A stretch of 64,000 nucleotides of DNA from Acutalibacteraceae bacterium. GTDB lineage: Bacteria; Bacillota; Clostridia; Oscillospirales; Acutalibacteraceae. Shown here piece after piece: positions 17,524-25,935 of the stretch; position 1 is the stretch's first letter; every line of letters starts with the position of its first letter. The stretch lies in contig JAZSCF010000049.1 of NCBI GenBank assembly GCA_045602785.1, positions 487 to 64,486 of the forward strand, read 5' to 3'. The notes beneath the pieces were generated by a model. It worked only from the letters and a program-made list of their open reading frames with translations. It was not told where the DNA came from and made no database searches. Made by a program: the position numbers and the translations under genes.

Positions 17524-18458
17524 TGAAACGTGAAATCATTAAGATTGCGAAAGAAAACTTTGCGGATATTGTTGGATTTGCAAGTGCTAAAAGTTTTGAC
17601 GAAAACGACCCTATTTTTAAAATATTTCCGGAAACTAAAACTGTTATTGGTCTAGCTTTCAGAGTTTTAAGAGGTGCATATAGAGGTACAGAAGAAGGAA
17701 CTACATATTATCAATATACAACTATGGCAGTTGAAAATATGGAAGAAACCATAATGCCAATGGCACAACTAAGAATTGCAAACTTTATTGAAAGTAAAGG
17801 CTATATTGCTGTTCCGCAACGACGCCATCAACAAATTATGGCAGAAGAAAATAGCACTAATCCCGAAGTTGCTTATGATGCGATTTTTAGAAACAAAACT
17901 GCCGAGAATCAAATGAATTTTGTTGACGCTGCTGTAAAATGCGGCATTGGTGAAAAGGGGCTTTCGGGTGCGATTTTAACAGATGATTATGGCCCTATGG
18001 TTAGATATTGCTTTATTCTAACCAATTTGGTAATTGAGCCTGATTCAGTTAAAGAAGCGCATCTTTGCGATAATTGTGGAAAATGTGTTATGGCGTGTCC
18101 TGGTAAAGCAATTAGTGAAAACGGCGTGCTCGACGCTTGGCAATGCGCAGTTTATTATAATGGTGCTAATGGTACTAAAAATCCTTTTATGCCACCGGAT
18201 GCTTTTTCTAAATTAGATAACCGACTTGAAATTATTGCCGGTGAAGCAAGAGTTACACCTGAAACCGCTAAGAAAATCCTTGATGAAATTTTCTTTTATC
18301 CGCCGGCACAGCATGCATATCAATGTTCAATATGTGGCAGAGCGTGCGATACTGCTTGTTATATCCATTTGGAAGAAAAGGGTGTTTTAAACAAAAAATT
18401 CAAACGTCCTTTTAGAACACGGGATGAATGGAAATTTGATATAACTGATTTTGAATAA
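17523..18458 (+). CDS. QueG / reductive-dehalogenase superfamily Fe-S protein, paralogue 3 (311 aa)
   Basis: CGIGEKGLSGAILTDDYGPMVRY, CDNCGKCVMACPGKAIS and CSICGRACDTAC. The start overlaps the paralogue 2 stop by 1 nt. Confidence 0.7.
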   Translation: MKREIIKIAKENFADIVGFASAKSFDENDPIFKIFPETKTVIGLAFRVLRGAYRGTEEGTTYYQYTTMAVENMEETIMPMAQLRIANFIESKGYIAVPQRRHQQIMAEENSTNPEVAYDAIFRNKTAENQMNFVDAAVKCGIGEKGLSGAILTDDYGPMVRYCFILTNLVIEPDSVKEAHLCDNCGKCVMACPGKAISENGVLDAWQCAVYYNGANGTKNPFMPPDAFSKLDNRLEIIAGEARVTPETAKKILDEIFFYPPAQHAYQCSICGRACDTACYIHLEEKGVLNKKFKRPFRTRDEWKFDITDFE

Positions 18459-18479
18459 TTATTTAAATAGGTGTTTAAT

Positions 18480-20189
18480 ATGAACATTAGAGTAGTGAAA
18501 AAAGATAATACTATTATCGAACTGCAACCCGAAATTACTATCAATAAAGAAAAAACTATAGTCAAACTATCAAAGGATAAAATTCCAACTGATATTAAAT
18601 ACGTTGATTTTCTTTATGATTTTTTTGTTGCAAATATTGGTGATAAAGGCTATTTTGTACTACCCTTAAACTGCGAACAGGGGGTATGCGTAACATATTT
18701 TAAAAATAGAAACGATACCGAGTTTGCTACTAATTTTTCTCATATATGCTGCTATGGTTATAAAAAAGAAAACGGTGGTATTATGGGTATAATAACAGGC
18801 TGCAGAGAGTATTATGCTGTTGTCGCAGGTGTTAAGGATGGCATATATTATGCATATCCACGATTTATGCTTGATGGTTTTAAAGCCTATGAAGATATTG
18901 TGATAGAATACTACAACCTTGAAAACGGCGATTATTCCGAAATGGCAAGTCTTTATAGAAAAATACAGTTAGAGCGTTACGGCTGTATACCTTTGAGCGA
19001 AAGGGTGAAAAATAACGAAATACTTGCAAAGGCCGCTAAAAGTATAGCAGTACGTGTGCGCCAAGGATGGAAGCCGGCACCGAGTGCTGTTGAAAATCAA
19101 ACACTTGAAACTGAACCCGAAATGTATGTCGCTTGTGATTTTGATAGAACAACACAGCTTGTTGAAGAATTTTCAAAGCAGGGTATAGACGGTGCTGAAT
19201 TTTGTCTTGTTGGTTGGAGTCGTATGGGTCACGATGGCAGGTATCCGCAAATATTTCCTGTAGAGCCATTACTCGGTGGTGAAGAAAAGCTTAAAGAACT
19301 TATTAGTAAGACAAAATCGCTTGGATATAATATTGTTGGTCACGATAATGCTTCGGATGCTTATACAGTATCAGAGCTTTGGGATGAAGAATATCTTTTA
19401 AAGAATAATGACGGAAGTCTACATAAAATTGATATATGGTCAAGCGGTAGAGCACATAAAATTTGTCCAAAGCGTTATTATGAGCTTTTCGGTAAGGAAC
19501 ACTTGACACAATTAAAAGAGCTTGGCTTTGAGGGTGTACACTATATTGATGTAATAACAATTCTTTCTTTGTTAGAATGTCACGATAAAAACCACCCACT
19601 TACCCGTAAAGAAACAGCCGAGTGGTATAATAGACTTATGCAAGAGTCAAAAGAAACCTTTGGCGGTATTTCTTCTGAATCGGGTTATGATTATGCGGCG
19701 GCAGTACTCGATTTTGCGCTATATACATCTTTTTTCTTATCAGGTGTAGGGCTGCCTGAAATTTGTGATAAACCAATTCCATTTTGGCAAATTGTATTCC
19801 ATGGTATTATTCTTTATAATCCCGGTACATTTACGTTGAACTATGCTGCAAAGGGTACAGAAAACCGTTTAAGGTATTTCGAATACGGCGGTAGACCGCT
19901 TGTATGCGTATATGCTAACTTTGCTAACGGTAAAGATTGGATGGGACTTGAAGACTTCCGTTGTGATACTGATGCCGAAATGCAAGAGTCTGTTTCAAAG
20001 ATAAAAACTATGTATAACGATTATAAATGGATGGAAGAAGTCCGTTTTGCCTTTATAGAAAGCCATAATGAAGTTAGCGATAATGTTTTTGAAATTATGT
20101 ATTCTAACGGCATAAAAATCACTGTTGACTATAATACTGCAACCGTCACTATGAACGGAAATGGCATAGAAAAGGTTTTAAAAATTTAA
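18480..20189 (+). CDS. Hypothetical 569-aa cytoplasmic protein, possibly a glycoside-hydrolase-like TIM barrel (DUF5696-like from memory)
   Basis: SD AGGTG then ATG 18480. No signal peptide. The segment GAEFCLVGWSRMGHDGRYPQIFPVEPLLGGEEKLKELI..LGYNIVGHDN resembles GH-type (beta/alpha)8 proteins. Confidence 0.3.
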   Translation: MNIRVVKKDNTIIELQPEITINKEKTIVKLSKDKIPTDIKYVDFLYDFFVANIGDKGYFVLPLNCEQGVCVTYFKNRNDTEFATNFSHICCYGYKKENGGIMGIITGCREYYAVVAGVKDGIYYAYPRFMLDGFKAYEDIVIEYYNLENGDYSEMASLYRKIQLERYGCIPLSERVKNNEILAKAAKSIAVRVRQGWKPAPSAVENQTLETEPEMYVACDFDRTTQLVEEFSKQGIDGAEFCLVGWSRMGHDGRYPQIFPVEPLLGGEEKLKELISKTKSLGYNIVGHDNASDAYTVSELWDEEYLLKNNDGSLHKIDIWSSGRAHKICPKRYYELFGKEHLTQLKELGFEGVHYIDVITILSLLECHDKNHPLTRKETAEWYNRLMQESKETFGGISSESGYDYAAAVLDFALYTSFFLSGVGLPEICDKPIPFWQIVFHGIILYNPGTFTLNYAAKGTENRLRYFEYGGRPLVCVYANFANGKDWMGLEDFRCDTDAEMQESVSKIKTMYNDYKWMEEVRFAFIESHNEVSDNVFEIMYSNGIKITVDYNTATVTMNGNGIEKVLKI

Positions 20190-20205
20190 TGAAATGATTT
20201 ATTTA

Positions 20206-20236
20206 AAAACCGTACTAAAATGAGTACGGTTTTTGG
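20206..20236 (+). terminator. Rho-independent terminator of operon 2
   Basis: aaaaccgtact / agtacggtttt stem followed by a T-run. Confidence 0.85.
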
Positions 20237-20290
20237 TTGCAATATATTTTTTGGTGTGCTATACTGAACAGGATAAAGGAAGTGACACCT

Positions 20291-21337
20291 ATGTACAAAA
20301 ACGCTTGCGAAAAATTAGATAATTTTATTGCGGATTATTATAATCGTTATAAAAATTCAGGTAGCCTTAGAGTTACTTATAAAGACGAAATAATTTATGA
20401 AAAAAGCTTTGGCTTTGCGAATATTGAAAAGGAACTTCCTTTTACAAAAGAATCAATTTTTTCTTTTTACTCACTATCAAAGCCTTTTTGTGCTATAGGT
20501 CTTCTAAAACTAAAAGATAAAAAGCTTGTTGATATAGATGCTCATCCGTCTAAATATCTTCCCGAAACAAAAGGCTTTGATGAAAATGTAACAATCAGGC
20601 AAATGCTACACCATATTAGCGGTTTGCCTGATTTTAATCAAACGGCAAAGTTTGAGCAAAAATATAAGACAGGTTTTTCGTTCGAGTTGCGTGACCATTT
20701 AAAAGAACTAACTAATTATTCAATGGTATTTGCACCCGGCACAAAGGGAATGTATGCCAATATTAACTTTATAATTCCCGCTTTGATTATTGAAATTGTT
20801 ACGGGTATGAGTTACGGAGAATATATGAAAAAGGAAGTTTTCGAGCCTCTTGGAATGAGAACCGCAATGGTTGATAATGAAAACTTGTTGTCGGATAATC
20901 GCGTAACAGGTTACGAATTATCGAAAGATAAAAAAATTATTCCCATTGACAGAATGCTTAACTGGACTTTTGGTGCAGCAGATATTGTTGGAACTGTAGA
21001 AGATGTTTATTGCTTAAATAAGGCTATTAAACACAAGCTTATATTAAGCCCGGAAATTTGGGATGAGGTTTTAATACCGTCGCCAATTAATTCTATGGGT
21101 ATGGGCTGTACAGTGAGCACTTGGCATAACAAAAAGCGCATAACCCATAATGGCGGTTGGGATGGCTTTAGAACGCTTCATATACAACTACCCGAAGATG
21201 ATTTTGATATAATATTTTTATCAAACTCGGCTTGGGGTAATGCACGAAATGATATTGCTGAAGCAGTTTATGAAGCTTTTTACGGTGATGATAATGCTGT
21301 ATCTGAAGAAGTGAAAATGGATGCAGGCTATATTTGA
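20291..21337 (+). CDS. Serine hydrolase / beta-lactamase-related family protein
   Basis: SxxK motif (FYSLSKPF) and HHISGLPD. SD AAGGAAGTG precedes ATG 20291. Confidence 0.75.
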   Translation: MYKNACEKLDNFIADYYNRYKNSGSLRVTYKDEIIYEKSFGFANIEKELPFTKESIFSFYSLSKPFCAIGLLKLKDKKLVDIDAHPSKYLPETKGFDENVTIRQMLHHISGLPDFNQTAKFEQKYKTGFSFELRDHLKELTNYSMVFAPGTKGMYANINFIIPALIIEIVTGMSYGEYMKKEVFEPLGMRTAMVDNENLLSDNRVTGYELSKDKKIIPIDRMLNWTFGAADIVGTVEDVYCLNKAIKHKLILSPEIWDEVLIPSPINSMGMGCTVSTWHNKKRITHNGGWDGFRTLHIQLPEDDFDIIFLSNSAWGNARNDIAEAVYEAFYGDDNAVSEEVKMDAGYI

Positions 21338-21360
21338 TTTAAAAAACTTAATAAAAAACT

Positions 21361-21391
21361 AAAAATCCTCGTTCTTTGGAACGATGATTTT
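21361..21391. terminator. Bidirectional terminator between convergent genes
   Basis: aatcctcgttc / gaacgatgatt stem (one mismatch) flanked by an A-run and a T-run. Confidence 0.65.
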
Positions 21392-21400
21392 ATATATGCC

Positions 21401-21952
21401 TTATTTTGTTAATAAATCAATAATAGTTGAGTAAATTTCGGTAGGATTATTTAAAAACCTTTCCTTAATGTGTATTGCTTGCTCTTCATCAGATACCATA
21501 AGCTTTATGCTCATAAAAGGTGTATCATCGTCAATAGCAGAGCAGGTGATAAAGGTTTTATTGTCTTCGCGCGAAATTTTAATGTCGGTTTCTTTGGTAT
21601 TTTTAAAACGAGTATACATTTTTAGCGCAGCATTATAAGCCCTTTCTTTCACAACAATTGAAAGGGTTGTTTTAAGGGTATTGGCAATATCCTTTCCACT
21701 TTCGGTAATTAGGTAAGTATCGTCTTCTGCACTTACTTGTTTTAACTGACCGTTTTTGCAAAGGTAATCTATAGAATCGTTAACCTCAAAGCAGTTAGCT
21801 ATACCTTCGTAATGTAAGGTATTTGCTAATAGATTACCGGGCACAGGGGCGTTTATGGTAGAAAAAATATAACAAATTAAAACCCGTATTTCAGCAGTGG
21901 TAAATAATCCGCCAACCTCTGAAACGCCTGCGGCTAATGCATCTTTTTCCAA
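21401..21952 (-). CDS. DUF4364-like winged-helix protein
   Basis: N-terminal wHTH-like segment (EIRVLICYIFSTINAPVPGNLLANTLHYEG..YLCKNGQL). Begins 19 nt after the lysC stop. Confidence 0.4.
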   Translation of the reverse strand: MEKDALAAGVSEVGGLFTTAEIRVLICYIFSTINAPVPGNLLANTLHYEGIANCFEVNDSIDYLCKNGQLKQVSAEDDTYLITESGKDIANTLKTTLSIVVKERAYNAALKMYTRFKNTKETDIKISREDNKTFITCSAIDDDTPFMSIKLMVSDEEQAIHIKERFLNNPTEIYSTIIDLLTK

Positions 21953-21971
21953 GGAAACAATCTCCTTTATA

Positions 21972-23183
21972 TTAGTTTACAAATTTATCATGAACAGCTA
22001 TAACTGCTGCATCTGCTTGATTTTCATCTATAAGGACAGAAACCTTGATTTCGCTTGTGGAAATCATACGAATGTTGATACCTGCATCAAATAATGCTTC
22101 AAACATTTTAGCAGCAACACCAGGGTTACTTTCCATACCTGCACCAACAATAGATACCTTTGAAACATTTTCATCAAAGGTTACTTCTTTAAAATCAAGA
22201 CTATCTTTAAGTGCTTCAATAACTGCAACGGCATCTTCGCGGTTGTCTTGAGATACGGTGAAGGTGATATCTTTTGTGTTGTTACGGCCGATTGACTGTA
22301 AGATTATATCTACATTGATTTTTGCTTGAGCTAATTTGTTGAAAATTTTAAAAGCAATACCCGGTTTATCTTCTAATTCAACTATTGAAATACTTGCTAC
22401 ATTATTGTCTTTAGCAACGCCCTTAATTAAAGTTTTTTCCATTTTAACAATCTCCTTCACAATTGTACCTGATTTATGTGGTTCAAGGCTTGAACGAACT
22501 TCAAGCTCAACATTATATTTTTTTGCCATTTCAACTGAACGGTTATTTAAAACCTGTGCACCTAAGGTGGCAAGCTCTAACATTTCGTCATAGCAAATTT
22601 CTTCCATCTTTTGCGCATTGGGGACTTTACGCGGGTCGGCAGTGTATACACCGTCAACATCAGTATAAATTTGGCAAAGGTCTGCTTTTAATGCGGCGGC
22701 AATAGCAACTGCACTGGTATCAGAACCGCCACGTCCCAATGTGGTAACATCGTCATATTTATTTAAGCCTTGGAAGCCTGCAACAATAACGATTTTTTTC
22801 TTTTCAATTTCATTTTTTAGGCGTTCGGCGTTAATGTTTTTGATACGTGCCACCGAGTGGTGTGAGTCGGTATTAAAGCCTGCTTGCCAACCTAAAAGAG
22901 AAATTACGGGACTGCCCATAGTTTCAATAGCCATCGCTAAGAGTGCAATAGAAATTTGTTCACCTGCTGAAAGTAGCATATCCATTTCACGCTTAGATGG
23001 GTTTTTTGGGTTGATTTCTTTTGCTTTTTCGATAAGGTCATCAGTAGTATCGCCTTGGGCTGAAACTACAACTATAACATCGTTACCTTTTTTGTAATCT
23101 TCTACAATAAGGTTAGCAACATTGAAAACCTTTTTTGCGTCAGCAACTGAAGAGCCGCCGAACTTTTTAACTATTAATGCCAT
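21972..23183 (-). CDS. lysC: Aspartate kinase
   Basis: MALIVKKFGGSSVA N-terminus, TLGRGGSDTSA motif and two C-terminal ACT domains. Confidence 0.95.
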   Translation of the reverse strand: MALIVKKFGGSSVADAKKVFNVANLIVEDYKKGNDVIVVVSAQGDTTDDLIEKAKEINPKNPSKREMDMLLSAGEQISIALLAMAIETMGSPVISLLGWQAGFNTDSHHSVARIKNINAERLKNEIEKKKIVIVAGFQGLNKYDDVTTLGRGGSDTSAVAIAAALKADLCQIYTDVDGVYTADPRKVPNAQKMEEICYDEMLELATLGAQVLNNRSVEMAKKYNVELEVRSSLEPHKSGTIVKEIVKMEKTLIKGVAKDNNVASISIVELEDKPGIAFKIFNKLAQAKINVDIILQSIGRNNTKDITFTVSQDNREDAVAVIEALKDSLDFKEVTFDENVSKVSIVGAGMESNPGVAAKMFEALFDAGINIRMISTSEIKVSVLIDENQADAAVIAVHDKFVN

Positions 23184-23197
23184 TATAATACCTCCGA

Positions 23198-24430
23198 TTA
23201 GAGCATTGTGTTAAGTATTTTCACAGAAATTCCGCTTTTGAAAAGTGCAAGCTTTTGTTCTATTACACTACGTTTAGCCTTTTCTGTAATGAAAGCAATT
23301 TCGCCTCTTTGGGCGTTTTTGATACTTGTGTCGGTATTACCAAAAATATCATTAAACTGAGCTTGTATTCCATCAAAATCATCTGATTTTATAACAACAT
23401 AAAGGCGAGTTTCAGGGTCGAAGCTTTGGTCGACATAATCGTTTTCGCCCTCTTCCCAAGAAAGATACTTTCTTGTATTCAGATGCTTAATGCAGTCCAT
23501 AATATCAGCCACAACTGCGCTTGCAGTTGCCTCCTTACCGGCGCCCTTGCCATAAAATACAACTTCGCCTGTTTGGTCGCCGTTTAGCATAACTGCATTA
23601 AATACGCCGTTAACGCTTGAAAGAATACAGTCTTTGCCCACAAGTGTAGGTGCAACCGATGCAGTAATTTTACCGTTTGGAAGTTTCTTGGCGTGACCGA
23701 TGAGTTTTATTACTGCGCCGAATTTTTCAGCGTAATCAATATCGTCTAATGTGATATTTGTGATACCTTCGGTTTTAACTTGGTTGGGATAAACATGCTT
23801 ATTAAAAGCTAAAGCCGCTAAAATACAAACCTTGCGGCAAGCGTCGTGACCTTCAATATCTGCAGTTGGATCTTTTTCTGCAAATCCTAAATCTTGAGCT
23901 AGCTTTAAAGCGGTATCAAAATCCATATTATCCACTATCATTTTATTTAAGATGTAGTTGGTTGTTCCATTTAGTATGCCCCAAATTTCATCAATATCAT
24001 TAGCAGCCATGCATTGAACCATTGGACGAAGGATTGGAATACCACCGCCAACACTTGCTTCAAAAAGGAAGTTGACGTTATTATCTTCGGCAATTTTTAT
24101 AAGCTCGGCACCTTTGGCAGCCACAAGTTCTTTATTAGAAGTAACAACGCTTTTGCCGTTTTGTAAACATTTTTTTACAAAATCGTAAGCGGGGTTAACT
24201 CCGCCCATAACTTCGGCAACAACCTTAACATCCTTATCATTAAGTATAATATTAAAATCCTTAATGAATTTTTCGCTGTATGTAAGGTCTTTAAATTCCC
24301 TTAAATCTAAAATGTATTTTACGTTTATAGGGGTTTTAACTCGGCTTGAGATACGGTCGTTATGGTTAATTAAAATCTCGGCAACACCAGAGCCTACAAC
24401 ACCGTGCCCCATAATAGCAACATCAATCAT
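23198..24430 (-). CDS. hom: Homoserine dehydrogenase
   Basis: IMGHGVVGSGV Rossmann motif, KGAGKEATASAV and a C-terminal ACT-like domain. SD AGGAG favours the ATG at 24430. Confidence 0.9.
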   Translation of the reverse strand: MIDVAIMGHGVVGSGVAEILINHNDRISSRVKTPINVKYILDLREFKDLTYSEKFIKDFNIILNDKDVKVVAEVMGGVNPAYDFVKKCLQNGKSVVTSNKELVAAKGAELIKIAEDNNVNFLFEASVGGGIPILRPMVQCMAANDIDEIWGILNGTTNYILNKMIVDNMDFDTALKLAQDLGFAEKDPTADIEGHDACRKVCILAALAFNKHVYPNQVKTEGITNITLDDIDYAEKFGAVIKLIGHAKKLPNGKITASVAPTLVGKDCILSSVNGVFNAVMLNGDQTGEVVFYGKGAGKEATASAVVADIMDCIKHLNTRKYLSWEEGENDYVDQSFDPETRLYVVIKSDDFDGIQAQFNDIFGNTDTSIKNAQRGEIAFITEKAKRSVIEQKLALFKSGISVKILNTML

Positions 24431-24499
24431 TTTAATCTCCTGCAATAATTCTTAAAATTTAAGAAAATAATATATAATATAATATTATATTAAAACTTA

Positions 24500-25633
24500 A
24501 TGGAAAAATCAAGTAATTTAATTATTTTAGTAATGCCGCATAAAAAAATTAAAATTTGGGTGATATCTTTGGAACGAAATTCAAAAAAAGAGTTTTTAAT
24601 TAATGTTTTTTACTGTATTACAGTTTTTTTAATAGTAATTGCGGTGTATTATGTGCTAATAAAATTTTTATTTCCTTTTGTTATTGGCGCCGTTATAGCC
24701 TTTGCTGTACAACCATTGGCTAATAGAATAAGTCAAAAAATAAGGCTTTCGCAAGGGGTGTGGTCGGTTATATTTGCCCTTATGCTTTATGCCTTGGTGG
24801 GTACTATCCTTTGCTTTTTGGCTTATAGGATTATTGTATTGGCAATAGATTTCACAGAATATTTACCGAGCTTTTTTGAAAAAGCGCGAACGGTTTTTAT
24901 AAATATTGGTGATAGGTATGCTAATGTTTTTAAGCATTTTCCTGAAGAATTAAGGCTTTCTACCGAAAATTTTTGGGTAGAAACTATTGAAAAATTTGTT
25001 TTGTCACTTGGTAATATTATCACAAAAGGTGTAAGTGGTTTTATAAAGAAAATGCCATTGTTTTTTATAAGCGGAATTGTTACACTTGTTGCTTCTTGCT
25101 ATATTTCTAAGGATTTTTTACAGCTTAAAAGGTTTGTAAAAGAGCTTATAGGCGAAAAAATTGCACAAAAGGGAGTAAAAATTAAAAATATTCTTATAGG
25201 TAGCGTTTTTAAGATTTTAAAAGGTTATGTACTTTTATATCTTATTACCACGATAGAGTTGTATTTGGGGTTCTTAATTCTTGGGATAAAAAGAGCCTTT
25301 TTATTTTCCGTAATTATTGCGGTTGTTGACCTTTTGCCTGTTTTAGGAACAGGTACTATATTGGTGCCCTGGGCGATTTTAAGTATACTTTCCGACAATT
25401 TACAGTTGGGAATAGCTATTGCAGTTTTATATATAATTATCGTTTTAGTTCGTAATTTTTTAGAACCAAAAATTATTGGTATGCAAGTAGGGGTAAATTC
25501 ACTTTTTACTTTAATGGCAATGTTTTTAGGTCTTAAGGTTTTAGGCTTTTGGGGTTTAATACTATTTCCTGTTATTCTAATTGTAACAATACAATATTAT
25601 AAAAGCGAAATGAAAGAGGGGTTGTCAGTTTAG
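24500..25633 (+). CDS. ytvI: Sporulation integral membrane protein YtvI (AI-2E transporter family)
   Basis: Multi-TM AI-2E-like profile. The N-terminus is uncertain, with alternative GTG 24560 and TTG 24569 starts. Confidence 0.6.
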   Translation: MEKSSNLIILVMPHKKIKIWVISLERNSKKEFLINVFYCITVFLIVIAVYYVLIKFLFPFVIGAVIAFAVQPLANRISQKIRLSQGVWSVIFALMLYALVGTILCFLAYRIIVLAIDFTEYLPSFFEKARTVFINIGDRYANVFKHFPEELRLSTENFWVETIEKFVLSLGNIITKGVSGFIKKMPLFFISGIVTLVASCYISKDFLQLKRFVKELIGEKIAQKGVKIKNILIGSVFKILKGYVLLYLITTIELYLGFLILGIKRAFLFSVIIAVVDLLPVLGTGTILVPWAILSILSDNLQLGIAIAVLYIIIVLVRNFLEPKIIGMQVGVNSLFTLMAMFLGLKVLGFWGLILFPVILIVTIQYYKSEMKEGLSV

Positions 25634-25671
25634 TGACTTTTGCATAGTATGGAATAACGGAGTGACTTAAA

Positions 25672-25887
25672 ATGAAAAGATATGTAGTAGCAACCGGTAC
25701 TGTGACCTATGCTATAAAAGGTAGGGATTTATTGCGAAAAAAAGGATATAAAGCAAAAATTGAGCGTAAATCGGGAGAAAATGTACACGGCTGCGGTTAT
25801 GTAATAATTTTTGAAGGGGATCTTGACACTGCTAAGTTACTGCTTAGACAAAACGGTGTTAAAATTCTCGAAATCAGTGAAAATTGA
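25672..25887 (+). CDS. DUF3343-like small protein (putative S/Se carrier-like)
   Basis: 71 aa, pattern YVVATGTVTYAIKGRDLLRKKGY...GCGY. Lies next to a class-V aminotransferase. Confidence 0.55.
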   Translation: MKRYVVATGTVTYAIKGRDLLRKKGYKAKIERKSGENVHGCGYVIIFEGDLDTAKLLLRQNGVKILEISEN

Positions 25888-25892
25888 CATTA

Positions 25893-25925
25893 AGGCATCT
25901 CGGCTTTACGGGGTGCCTATTTTTT
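25893..25925 (+). terminator. Terminator-like hairpin between the DUF3343 gene and the desulfurase gene
   Basis: aggcatc / ggtgcct stem (one G-U pair) followed by a T-run. Confidence 0.5.
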
Positions 25926-25935
25926 GGAGGAAAAT

